Shown: positions 35,324 to 43,818 of the stretch, piece by piece | Layout: every line of letters starts with the position of its first letter | Position numbering within the stretch: position 1 is the first letter of the stretch | Origin: Terriglobales bacterium | Lineage (GTDB): Bacteria; Acidobacteriota; Terriglobia; Terriglobales; Acidobacteriaceae | NCBI GenBank assembly: GCA_049273945.1 | Contig: JBASRS010000029.1 | Location: forward strand, 1,241 to 65,240 | Length of the DNA: 64,000 nt | Direction of reading: 5' to 3' | Notes under the pieces: generated by a model | What the model saw: only the letters and a program-made list of their open reading frames with translations | Told to the model about the DNA's origin: nothing | The model's database searches: none | Position numbers and translations under genes: made by a program

Positions 35324-35854
35324 TTATTCTCCGCCGCTCGAATTCCCGGGCTTAGCTTTTCCTCGTTTCTTCGGTTTAACCTTGCTGTCAGTGGCGCAAT
35401 CCGCGGTCCCCTCTTGCTGAACCGCCACGATAATCATTTCGTACGGCAGACGAGTCGTTGCCGGTTCTTCGGTCGCCATCACCGCGACTTCGGATAGGTT
35501 TACGCGAGGTATGCCAAGGACCTGAATGCGGTCTCCCGTGGACAGTTTGGCCACCTCGCACGCCGGTCTGGTGCCCTTCACGAACACCATGCGACGTGCG
35601 TCTTGGGTGACCGCTTGCTCGTCATCGTCGGTGTCGAACACGTTGGCCAGCACGAACAACCCGTCGTCCCCTTCCTGGACAGCACCGGCCAGCTCAATCA
35701 CAAACTCCGCGTAGTTGTACTTGCCTATACAACTGATGGTTGGTTTGGTAAAGGTAATCCTGTAACCCCACGCGACCGCGCTGGGGCTTTTCTTGCAGCG
35801 CCGGTGTAGGGACGGGTGTCCGACCCGTCCCGCCGAGCGCAAGCTCGGCACCAT
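35324..35854 (-). CDS. hypothetical protein; N-terminus uncertain because the first in-frame ATG lies inside a REP element
   Basis: The protein-like part is ...ISCIGKYNYAEFVIELAGAVQEGDDGLFVLANVFDTDDDEQAVTQDARRMVFVKGTRPACEVAKLSTGDRIQVLGIPRVNLSEV... There is no ATG/GTG/TTG between codon 19 of the ORF-track model and this region. Confidence 0.4.
   Translation of the reverse strand: MVPSLRSAGRVGHPSLHRRCKKSPSAVAWGYRITFTKPTISCIGKYNYAEFVIELAGAVQEGDDGLFVLANVFDTDDDEQAVTQDARRMVFVKGTRPACEVAKLSTGDRIQVLGIPRVNLSEVAVMATEEPATTRLPYEMIIVAVQQEGTADCATDSKVKPKKRGKAKPGNSSGGE
35806..35849 (+). repeat. REP-like double hairpin, GTAGGGAC family (copy R2)
   Basis: GTAGGGACGGGT-GTCCG-ACCCGTCCC (9-bp stem) followed by GCCGAGC-GCAA-GCTCGGC (7-bp stem). 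Confidence 0.8.
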
Positions 35855-36007
35855 GGACGTATTTCCTCTCGTAGACTTTTTCCCAGGTTGATAACCAACC
35901 ACCTGCAACGTCTATTGCCGCATGTGGGAGGACCCTGTGATGAATCGCCAACTCTCGTCGTTCCCACGCTTCTTTTCGCTTTGTGCGGTATGAGCATCGG
36001 CGGGTGG

Positions 36008-36038
36008 CCCACCTCTCGCCCGCCTTTCGAGAGGTGGG
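36008..36038. repeat. REP-like hairpin, CCCAC...GTGGG family (copy H2)
   Basis: CCCACCTCTCG-CCCGCCTTT-CGAGAGGTGGG, an 11-bp perfect stem. It is preceded by GGCGGGTGG, as at 36957. Confidence 0.8.
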
Positions 36039-36065
36039 ATTCCACGTCCCTGTCCGGCCTCGGGC

Positions 36066-36851
36066 TTAACGTTTGATTGAGAAGGTCACATTTACGTGGG
36101 TGCCGTCATCCTCGGTTCCGAGGCTTACCACGACGGTGCGCTTGCTGGCTTTGTCTTCACCGGAGACCATGCCTCCGACTTTTCCATCGGAGTTGCTGGT
36201 CATGTTGGACACGGCAAAGCCCGCCGATTTCATAGAGTCCCCATAGAACGATATGACCTTGTCGGCCGCGTCCTTGGTCACAAACGTGTAGGAACCGGTC
36301 TGCTCCTCGCCGCTGCTGGTTGAGAATGTGTTTTGCGGAGATGATCCGGGATACACGGGCACCCAATCGGGCGCTTTGTCCGCGCCGCTGCCCATCTTCA
36401 TGGTGCCTTCGGAGGTTTTCATCTCCATGCTGGCGTTTGCCCCCTCACCCGTGGTTGTGAGTGAGGCGGTTTTGCCGTTCTCGTCGGTAATGACCATGGC
36501 CTTCTTCTGCGGGTCGAACTTCATGGTGACGACCTTGCCGGTTTTCTTGTCGCGGACGACGATGGTTCCGGCACTGTCGTCGCTCGAAACGATCTCCGCG
36601 TCAGGGTTCATGGCAACGGCCATCTTCGCGCCGGCGAGACCGGGGTTCTTCTTCATCAAATCCGAATCGAAGCCGGCCTGCTTCATCTTGTGCATGGCAT
36701 AGAAGCCGATTACGGCGCAACTGGCAAAAGAAATCAGGATGAGCCCCACTACGATGCCGGCAATCCACAGAAGTACTTTGGCTCCTGAACTCTTCTGAGG
36801 TGCGGGCGGGGTGCCACCGGGTGTTTGCGGACTGGACGGGGTACTGGACAT
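36066..36851 (-). CDS. hypothetical membrane-anchored protein (N-terminal Pro-rich segment, one TM, Ser/Thr/Gly-rich ectodomain)
   Basis: MSSTPSSPQTPGGTPPAPQKSSGAKVLLWIAGIVVGLILISFASCAVIGFYAM... is followed by a soluble domain. The codon usage looks coding and the ORF is 261 aa. Confidence 0.6.
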   Translation of the reverse strand: MSSTPSSPQTPGGTPPAPQKSSGAKVLLWIAGIVVGLILISFASCAVIGFYAMHKMKQAGFDSDLMKKNPGLAGAKMAVAMNPDAEIVSSDDSAGTIVVRDKKTGKVVTMKFDPQKKAMVITDENGKTASLTTTGEGANASMEMKTSEGTMKMGSGADKAPDWVPVYPGSSPQNTFSTSSGEEQTGSYTFVTKDAADKVISFYGDSMKSAGFAVSNMTSNSDGKVGGMVSGEDKASKRTVVVSLGTEDDGTHVNVTFSIKR

Positions 36852-36954
36852 ACGAGTCTCCTCGGAAAATGGCTGGAAAGCTGCGACGGACGGAAAGAAG
36901 CCGCGCCTCTGAAGAAGGCGCCATTATACGCGAAGGGACCTGTACCCGCTCATC

Positions 36955-37210
36955 TAGGCGGGTGGCCCACATCTCCGTAGCCTGAGAAGAGTACGATTCT
37001 CCTCGTGTGGACAGAGAATACCGCTCGGGGTGCCCGACTTCTCGTGGTTTTCGAGAAGTGGGAAGCAGAGCCGCTGGCATCGGAGTGGTTTGCTTCCTGC
37101 GGCCTCCGTTCCGGTTCAAAGGACTGCGAAGAAAAGGTCGTCGCCAGCCGATGACACGCATGCAACCCAAGGCCCCACTTCTCGCAAAGAACGCGAGAAA
37201 TGGGGCAACC
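36955..37210. repeat. cluster of three CCCAC...GTGGG-family hairpin units filling a 394-bp intergenic gap
   Basis: GGCGGGTGGCCCACATCTCC... (36957, degenerate). CCCGACTTCTCG-TGGTTTT-CGAGAAGTGGG (37033-37062). CCCCACTTCTCGC-AAAGAAC-GCGAGAAATGGGG (37173-37205, 12 of 13 bp). Confidence 0.75.
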
Positions 37211-37245
37211 CGATGCTTTATTATGCCGGAGAAGTGAGCACCCGC

Positions 37246-38085
37246 CTATGCGGCGACCGCTCCCGTGTGGCGCCGCAAGAACTGTAAGGTCTTCTGGTTG
37301 AACTCCTCGACCTTTTCATAGATCGGCGCGTGCGCACATCCTTCAAAGATCAGCAGCTCGGAATCGCGAATACTACCGGTCATCCGATCCGCGAAGCGAG
37401 TGGAGGTCGCCAGATCGTGACGTCCGAACGTGATCTGCGTCGGCGCCGTAATCCTGCCAAGCTGCGCCTCCACGTCATGGGCTATCACGGCATTCGACTG
37501 CTGGAGGAACGCCGCGAGAGGCTGCGCGGGCCGGCTCAGAACGAAGTCTGCCAAGGACTGGAGGTAGTCCGGCTTGGCGGCATAGAGCTCGGGCGTAAGG
37601 CACCAGGGAAAGATTGCGCGAATGACCATCTGGGGAACGCTCTGCAACGCTTTGGCTATTACCTGCCAACCTTCGACTAGGGTTTTTATGAAGGGGTCCG
37701 TCTTCGGCCAGCCACTATGCAGCGACAACGACTGAACCTTGTCGGGATGCTTCGCCGACAGCCACATGCCGATTGCCGCGCCCAGGGATAGACCGGAGAT
37801 ATGCGCCTTGCGGATGCCCGCGGCTTGCATGAAAGCGGCAACATCGTCCGCGAGAAGCTCGGTGGAATAGGCGCCATCGGGTTTGTCCGTTTCACCGGTC
37901 CCTCGGAGGTCGAGCGAGATGCAGGTAAAGTGCTTGGCGTACTCTGCCACTTGGAAGGCGTAACAGGCGTGATCGGCGGCCAAATAAGGAATCAGAATGA
38001 GGGGCTCTCCGGTTCCTTGTTGCTCATAGCTCATTGTGATGTTGTTGGCTTTGACCTTAGGCATGGGAGTCGAATCCTTCCGCAT
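37246..38085 (-). CDS. alpha/beta-fold hydrolase (3-oxoadipate enol-lactonase-like)
   Basis: ...GTGEPLILIPYL...HFTCISLDLRGTGETDKP...KAHISGLSLGAAIGMWLSAKHPDKVQSLSLHS (GxSxG nucleophile elbow) ...FEGCAHAPIYE (His). An alternative start is ATG 38064. Confidence 0.85.
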   Translation of the reverse strand: MRKDSTPMPKVKANNITMSYEQQGTGEPLILIPYLAADHACYAFQVAEYAKHFTCISLDLRGTGETDKPDGAYSTELLADDVAAFMQAAGIRKAHISGLSLGAAIGMWLSAKHPDKVQSLSLHSGWPKTDPFIKTLVEGWQVIAKALQSVPQMVIRAIFPWCLTPELYAAKPDYLQSLADFVLSRPAQPLAAFLQQSNAVIAHDVEAQLGRITAPTQITFGRHDLATSTRFADRMTGSIRDSELLIFEGCAHAPIYEKVEEFNQKTLQFLRRHTGAVAA

Positions 38086-38300
38086 GTGCCGGACACAGCG
38101 CCCTACACGCGGCGCCCATTATCGTGGTCTCCGGGCCTTCTTGTCCACACCACCGCGCGCGGTTGGCACGCGCTATCCGGTTTCTCCTCACGCTCAAAGG
38201 TACCCGCGGATGCAGTCCCCCTTGACCGCAGCCTCCCGGCTGGCGTAGCCTCGCCTGCGAAATCTCTGCATTTGTCCTCGCACCCTTAAGGAGGCTGCGC

Positions 38301-38858
38301 ATGGTTCCTCTCGCCGCTCTGTGGCTGCCGATCCTGCTGTCGGCGGTCATCATCTTCGTCGCCAGTTCCGTCATGCACATGCTGCTGAAGTACCATCAAA
38401 GCGACTACCGCCAGCTTCCCGACGAGGACAAGCTCCTGGCCGCGCTGCGCTCCGCCAACCTCACGCGGGGTCTCTACGTTTTCCCCTTCTGCACCCACAA
38501 GGACATGAAGTCGCCCGCCCTGATCGAAAAGTACAAGCAGGGACCGGTCGGGTTTCTGAACATTGTCCCCAATGGCCCGCCCGCCATGCCAAAGTTTCTG
38601 ATCCAGTGGTTCGCCTTTTGCCTGCTGATCGGATTCTTTGTCGCCTATCTCGCCGCCCACACGCTGGCACCCGGAGCGCCCTATTTAACCGTGTTTCGCG
38701 TCGTCGGTACCGCCGCATTCCTCGCTTACGGTCTGGGACACCTGGCCAGCGGCATCTGGAAGGGTCAGACCTGGTCGGCAACGATTAAAGAGGTCATCGA
38801 CGGACTCGTTTACGGCTTGCTGACCGCAGGGACGTTCGGCTGGCTCTGGCCGCGCTAG
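38301..38858 (+). CDS. hypothetical integral membrane protein (about 4 TM)
   Basis: AAGGAGG at 38288-38294 precedes ATG 38301. MVPLAALWLPILLSAVIIFVASSVMHMLL..., with three more hydrophobic helices. Confidence 0.6.
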   Translation: MVPLAALWLPILLSAVIIFVASSVMHMLLKYHQSDYRQLPDEDKLLAALRSANLTRGLYVFPFCTHKDMKSPALIEKYKQGPVGFLNIVPNGPPAMPKFLIQWFAFCLLIGFFVAYLAAHTLAPGAPYLTVFRVVGTAAFLAYGLGHLASGIWKGQTWSATIKEVIDGLVYGLLTAGTFGWLWPR

Positions 38859-38894
38859 CACTCCAAGCTGTTCCAGTACACGTCAGGAAAAGAC

Positions 38895-38929
38895 GAGGCC
38901 CTCTCTTTGGAGAGGGCCTCTTTCTTTCT
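38895..38929. terminator. bidirectional rho-independent terminator
   Basis: GAGGCCCTCTC-TTTG-GAGAGGGCCTC (11-bp perfect stem) followed by TTTCTTTCT. An A-rich run on the other side serves the convergent repeat-protein gene. Confidence 0.8.
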
Positions 38930-38959
38930 GGCTAGATTGAAGTTACCACTTCGCCCACA

Positions 38960-41900
38960 CTACGGCGATTCCCCAGCGGTCGCTGCTGCCGGCTCGTCCG
39001 CCGCCGCGGAGATGTTGAGAATTACCTGGATGGTCATCGACTTAGCAGGATTGGCGAACTCGATGACGTTGATTTGTCCGACGTAAGTTCCGGCCGCCAA
39101 CGCGCTGGCGTTCGCGCTGACGGTGACGTTTGTCGGCGTGAAGCAGCAGCCGTTGTTCGACGGAGTAACCGACAGCCAGTTGCCGCCCTTGCCCGACGAC
39201 GCGATGGGCGTGAAGCGTATGGCTGCTCCGGTGCTGGCAACACTGATGACCTGGTTCGCAGGGTTTACTCCCCTGGTCGTGTTGAAAGTGACCGTCGGGA
39301 GCTGGACAAAGACAGGATCGCCTACCGTCACCACGACAGGAATGGTGACGTTGCCGGTCTTGGTCTTGACTAGTTGTTGTCCGAGGAAGGTGCCTGCGAT
39401 CAGTCCCTTGCCAGGCAGCTTCGCTGTGATGACCGACACGGTGTACGTCCCGGCGTCAACGCCCTTGACCGGAAGCACCTTGATCCAGGTGCCGAAGTCG
39501 GCCGTGTTTTTCGAAACGCTCCAGTTCAGGGGCGTCCCCGTTCCGCCATTGCCAATTTGAATGGTTTGGGCCGGCGGATTAGCGCTGGATGGCTTAAACG
39601 AGAAACTCGTTTGTCCGGGAAGGTTGTCGAAGAACGCCTTGCTGGGAGCGACGACGTTGAGAGTCACCGCGACGGTCGCAGACTTTCCGGGATTTGCGAA
39701 TTCATTGATGATGATTTCTCCCTCGTAGGTTCCCGCCTTGAGCCCAGCGCCGTTGATGCTGACGATCACCGGGAAAGGCGTGAAGCAGCAGCCATTGTTG
39801 GACGGAGACACCGACAGCCACGCACCACCCTTTCCAGTCGCCGCGACCGGAGTAAAGCGAATGCTGGTGGCCGCGTCGATGCCGGCAACGGTCAGGATCT
39901 GCGGCAATGGGTTGGCGCCGCCGAACGGCATGACGAAGTTGAGGGGATTCAGCTGGGTAAAGCCCGTATCTGACACCGTGACAGTTACCGGGACAGTGGC
40001 GGAATTGCCCGCGGCTTCCAGGAGCAGTTGACCAACAAAGGTTCCGGCCTGCAAGCCCCCTCCGGGCAATGCCGTCTGAATAATCGAGACAGTTACGATC
40101 TTGGGAGCGTTGCCGAGGAGGATCGAGGGCTTCAGCCAGGCGCCGCCATCGGAGGTGCTGGGCGTGATCGTAAACGCCAGCTTTCCGGCTCCGCCATTGC
40201 TGATCTGCAGAGTCTGCGGTGAGGCCTTGCCTCCCTTTTTCATTGAGAAGCTCATCCCGCCCGGAAGGTTATTGAAGAATGCGCCCGAGGCGGCGATGGT
40301 CAGCGTGACGGGCACGGTCATCGACTTGGCAGGATTGGCGAATTCAAGAACGGTGACTTCTCCGGTGTAGACGCCCGCCGGCAGCGTGCCGGCGTTGACC
40401 GTGACCGTAACCGGGAAGGGCGCGAAGCAGCAGCCGTTGTTGGACGGAGAAACCGACAGCCAGTTGCCACCCTTGGCAGTCGCCGCGACCGGGGTAAAGC
40501 GAATAGCGGAATTGTCTGTGCTGGAGACGGTCAGGGTCTGAGGCAGCGGATTCGCGCCGCCGAATGGCATGGTGAAGCTCATCGGGTTGACCTGCTCAAA
40601 GACCGCATCGCCGACCATGACGGCTACGGGAATGCTGGTCATGTCGCCGGCAGTTTGCACGAGCAGGTGACCGACAAAGGTCCCGGCAATCAGCCCGTTA
40701 TTTGGCAACAGAGCGGCGTTCACGTTGACGTTTACGAGCGAAGGTGAAGTCCCGCTGGCGGGAGTGGTAGTTAACCAGTTGCCGCCATCGGAAGTGCTTG
40801 CGGCTATAGTCCAGTTCAAGGTCCCGGTTCCGCCGTTTCCGATTTGGATTCTCTGCGACGTTGCAACGCCGCCCTTCTTGAGTGAGAAGCTGAGCTGGCC
40901 GGGGAGGTTATCGAAGAACGCACCCGAGGCGGCAATGGTCAGGGTCACCGGCACGGTGAGCGATCGGCCCGGATTTGCGAACTCGAAGAAAGTGATTTCT
41001 CCGGTGTAGGTTCCTGCCGCAAGCGTGCTGGCGTTGACGGTGACCGTCACCGGGAAGGGCGCAAAGCAGCAGCCATTGTTGTTGGGAGCAACCGACAGCC
41101 AGTTGCCGCCTTTGGCGGTGGCCGCTACCGGAGTAAAGCGGAGAGCAGAGTTATCGGTGCTCTCGATGGTCAGGATCTGGGGCAGCGGGTTCGCTCCGCC
41201 GAATGGCATGGTGAAGTTGATTGGATTGACCTGCTCGAAGACCGGGCTTCCTACCGTGACTGCGACCGGAATGGTGGTGGTGTCTCCGGGCGTTTGGAAG
41301 AGCAGTTGTCCGACGAAAGTTCCTGGGACTGCGCCTCCACCGGGCAGTTGGGCGGCGGTGACCCCGATCGTGACTACAGATGGAGCAGTTCCACTGGATG
41401 AAGAAATCGTCAGCCACGGGGTTGCGTCGGAGGTGTTGGGTGCGACGGTCCAGTTCAACGTGCCGGAACCGCCGTTCCCGATCTGTATGACCTGCGAAGT
41501 CGCGCTGCCGTTGGTCTTGAAGGAGAAGCTGAGCCCGCCGGGAAGGTCATCGAAGAAGGCGCCCGAGCCGGCGATCGTCAAGGTTACCGGGACGGTCATT
41601 GACATGCCGGGATTGGCGAACTCGAAGAAGGTAATTTCTCCGGTATAAGTCCCGGCGGGCATGGTGCCGACGTTGACGCTAACCGTGACCGGGAAGGGCG
41701 CGAAGCAGCAGCCATTGTTGCTCGGAGAAACCGAGAGCCAGTTGCCGCCCTTGGCGGTTGCCGCCACGGGAGTAAAGCGGAGGGCGGAGTTGTCGGTGCT
41801 CTCAATGGTCAGGATCTGGGGCAGCGGGTTCGCGCCGCCGAAGGGCGTGGTGAAGCTGATTGGATTCACCTGCTCGAAAACCGTTGGTCCCACCGTAACT

Positions 41901-42604
41901 GCTACCGGAATGGTGGTCTTGTCACCTGAGGTCTGGAGGAGCAGCTGTCCGATGAAGGTACCGGGAGTCGAGCCTCCTCCAGGAAGCTGAGCTTTATTAA
42001 TGCTGATGGTGATGGTGGATGGCGCAGTCCCGCTGGCAGCAGACGCGGTCAACCAATTGCCGCCGATGCCGGTGCTGGCGGTCAGGGTCCAGTTCAGGGT
42101 GCCCGACCCGCCGTTGCGGATCTGAATCGGCTGCGAAGTGGCGTTGCCATTGGTCTTGAAGGAAAAACTCAGCTTGCCGGGAAGGTCGTCGAAGAATGTC
42201 GCACCCGAGGCAGCGACGGTCAGAGTGACGGGCACAGTGAGCTTGTTGCTGGCATTGGCGAAGTCGGTGAAGACAACTTGCCCTTGATAGGTTCCGGCGG
42301 CCAGCCCGGCGGCGGTCACGCTGACCGTAACCGGAAAGGGCGCGAAGCAGCAACCGTTGTTGGCCGGAGATACCACCAGCCAGTTGCCGCCCGAGGTTGT
42401 GCTGGCAACGGGTGTGAAGCGAAGCGCCCCGCTGGTACTGGCGATGGTCACGATCTGCGGCAGCGGGTTGGCGCCCGCGAAGGGCATGGTGAAAGACATC
42501 GCGGGGACCGTTTGGAAGGTCTGGGCGTGGAGCGCCGCGGATAGGAAGAAGACGGCAAACAGGGCGAACAGGACTCTGGCGGCTTTTGAGCTATGAGTAG
42601 GCAT
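38960..42604 (-). CDS. large secreted tandem-repeat protein: 11 alternating Ig-like/BACON-like beta domains (A-B x5 + A)
   Basis: Signal peptide MPTHSSKAARVLFALFAVFFLSAALHA. Five 213-aa units plus a half unit follow. The A domain reads FTMPFGGANPLPQ..RFTPVA...GGNWLSVSPSNNGCCFAPFPVTV....AGTYTGEI..FEFANP...TVPVTLT. The B domain reads FFD.LPG.LSFS.K..G.ATSQ.IQIGNGG.GTLNW....TSDGGNWL...P.SGT.PS.V.V......GTFVGQLL.Q.....IPVAV.VG. Confidence 0.8.
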   Translation of the reverse strand: MPTHSSKAARVLFALFAVFFLSAALHAQTFQTVPAMSFTMPFAGANPLPQIVTIASTSGALRFTPVASTTSGGNWLVVSPANNGCCFAPFPVTVSVTAAGLAAGTYQGQVVFTDFANASNKLTVPVTLTVAASGATFFDDLPGKLSFSFKTNGNATSQPIQIRNGGSGTLNWTLTASTGIGGNWLTASAASGTAPSTITISINKAQLPGGGSTPGTFIGQLLLQTSGDKTTIPVAVTVGPTVFEQVNPISFTTPFGGANPLPQILTIESTDNSALRFTPVAATAKGGNWLSVSPSNNGCCFAPFPVTVSVNVGTMPAGTYTGEITFFEFANPGMSMTVPVTLTIAGSGAFFDDLPGGLSFSFKTNGSATSQVIQIGNGGSGTLNWTVAPNTSDATPWLTISSSSGTAPSVVTIGVTAAQLPGGGAVPGTFVGQLLFQTPGDTTTIPVAVTVGSPVFEQVNPINFTMPFGGANPLPQILTIESTDNSALRFTPVAATAKGGNWLSVAPNNNGCCFAPFPVTVTVNASTLAAGTYTGEITFFEFANPGRSLTVPVTLTIAASGAFFDNLPGQLSFSLKKGGVATSQRIQIGNGGTGTLNWTIAASTSDGGNWLTTTPASGTSPSLVNVNVNAALLPNNGLIAGTFVGHLLVQTAGDMTSIPVAVMVGDAVFEQVNPMSFTMPFGGANPLPQTLTVSSTDNSAIRFTPVAATAKGGNWLSVSPSNNGCCFAPFPVTVTVNAGTLPAGVYTGEVTVLEFANPAKSMTVPVTLTIAASGAFFNNLPGGMSFSMKKGGKASPQTLQISNGGAGKLAFTITPSTSDGGAWLKPSILLGNAPKIVTVSIIQTALPGGGLQAGTFVGQLLLEAAGNSATVPVTVTVSDTGFTQLNPLNFVMPFGGANPLPQILTVAGIDAATSIRFTPVAATGKGGAWLSVSPSNNGCCFTPFPVIVSINGAGLKAGTYEGEIIINEFANPGKSATVAVTLNVVAPSKAFFDNLPGQTSFSFKPSSANPPAQTIQIGNGGTGTPLNWSVSKNTADFGTWIKVLPVKGVDAGTYTVSVITAKLPGKGLIAGTFLGQQLVKTKTGNVTIPVVVTVGDPVFVQLPTVTFNTTRGVNPANQVISVASTGAAIRFTPIASSGKGGNWLSVTPSNNGCCFTPTNVTVSANASALAAGTYVGQINVIEFANPAKSMTIQVILNISAAADEPAAATAGESP

Positions 42605-42793
42605 ATTGCGCTCCATGGGCAGACGGTTTCCTCTTGTGCCGGGCGCGACGGTCCGAGGACCGACCACGGGCAGTTCCCGGATTCATTTCGCAATGCGTAA
42701 TCGGGCGGGAAAAACCGTCAGAGTTTCGGAAAAGGTTTAGGGAGTGCGATATTCGGAAAGCCGGTCGCGACGTTAGGCTGCTGAAAGAATCCC

Positions 42794-43315
42794 TTACTTG
42801 ACGGTCCCGCACGCCCGGCCGAGCCACTTGGCGGTGAAGTTGGAGTTTATCTTCACGGGCTGCCCGGGGTCGGTAGAAGACACCTGAACCGTGCCCTTCA
42901 CGTTCTCGGAGTTGATGACGTCAAGACGGAAGGTGCCATCCATCTTGTGGCCTTCATGGACGCATTGGATCTTCATCTCGAGCTTGCTGCCGGATGAACT
43001 CACGACGGTGCGGGTACATTCTTTGCTGTCGGTGTCAAAGATGGAGTTTTTGTCCATCTTTTCCTTCGTCATGCATTCTTTTTCGGCGGTCGGCCGCAGG
43101 TTGGATTGCTTCCTCATGGTCGCCTCCATCATGGCCCGCTGCTCGGGTGTCATATTGGCCAGCGCCTCGGGAGGGAGGGACGGCATTCCGGTCATGGCGC
43201 TGGTGTGGGTGACTTCCCACAGGCCCATTTTCACGTCGAGGGGTTGGATCTTTCCGGCAGCCCAAACTGCAGAAGAGCACAGAATAATTAGCGTCAGTAG
43301 AATTCTTGTCCGCAT
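42794..43315 (-). CDS. DUF3617-like secreted protein/lipoprotein
   Basis: Signal peptide MRTRILLTLIILCSSAVWA. Then GKIQPLDVKMGLWEVTHTSAMTG...EKECMTKEKMDK...CTRTVVSSSGSKLEMKIQC....MDGTFRLDV....VKGT matches the DUF3617 pattern as I remember it. Confidence 0.6.
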   Translation of the reverse strand: MRTRILLTLIILCSSAVWAAGKIQPLDVKMGLWEVTHTSAMTGMPSLPPEALANMTPEQRAMMEATMRKQSNLRPTAEKECMTKEKMDKNSIFDTDSKECTRTVVSSSGSKLEMKIQCVHEGHKMDGTFRLDVINSENVKGTVQVSSTDPGQPVKINSNFTAKWLGRACGTVK

Positions 43316-43818
43316 AGAGACCTCCGCTCAGGGATCGCGGCCGCCTGCTTTGTCGCCGTAGCGGCGCGCGCCCGACAGAATGGCACAAGGGGGAGGTCCC
43401 CTGCAAATCCGAAGGTCGAGAGCGAATTCCGGCCGGAGATATGCTGACCAGATCAGCGGCCCTGGCTCACGACGATCTTGGGGTTGGCGGCAGCGCCCAC
43501 GCAAGGAGTTCCCCCTGCCGACCGGGTGTAGGTGACGGTGATTGGGTAGCTAGTGATCCCAGCGTTGGTGGGCAAATTGATCGTCAGCGTCTGGCTGTTT
43601 CCGTAGGGGTACGGACAGCATCGTGCATGTCAGACATGGAGAGGCTAGGTCACCCTCGTCGTCGTTGAGAATCGCCCCTATCGTACTAACAACTAAGTGG
43701 CGAAACAATGATAGAGATTGAACACGAAAGGAGTAGGCGCCGTAAGGCATGGATTGCTGACGGAGTAGCCGCTGTCGCCCTTGCTCCAGTCTGGGAAAGG
43801 ATCAACGGGCGGCGCGGG

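Noticed and set aside
43450-43626. Minus-strand open frame ...CCPYPYGNSQTLTINLPTNAGITSYPITVTYTRSAGGTPCVGAAANPKIVVSQGR*, which looks like the end of an Ig-like domain.
   Set aside because: A stop lies immediately upstream and there is no plausible start. It is probably a gene remnant, too short to assign.
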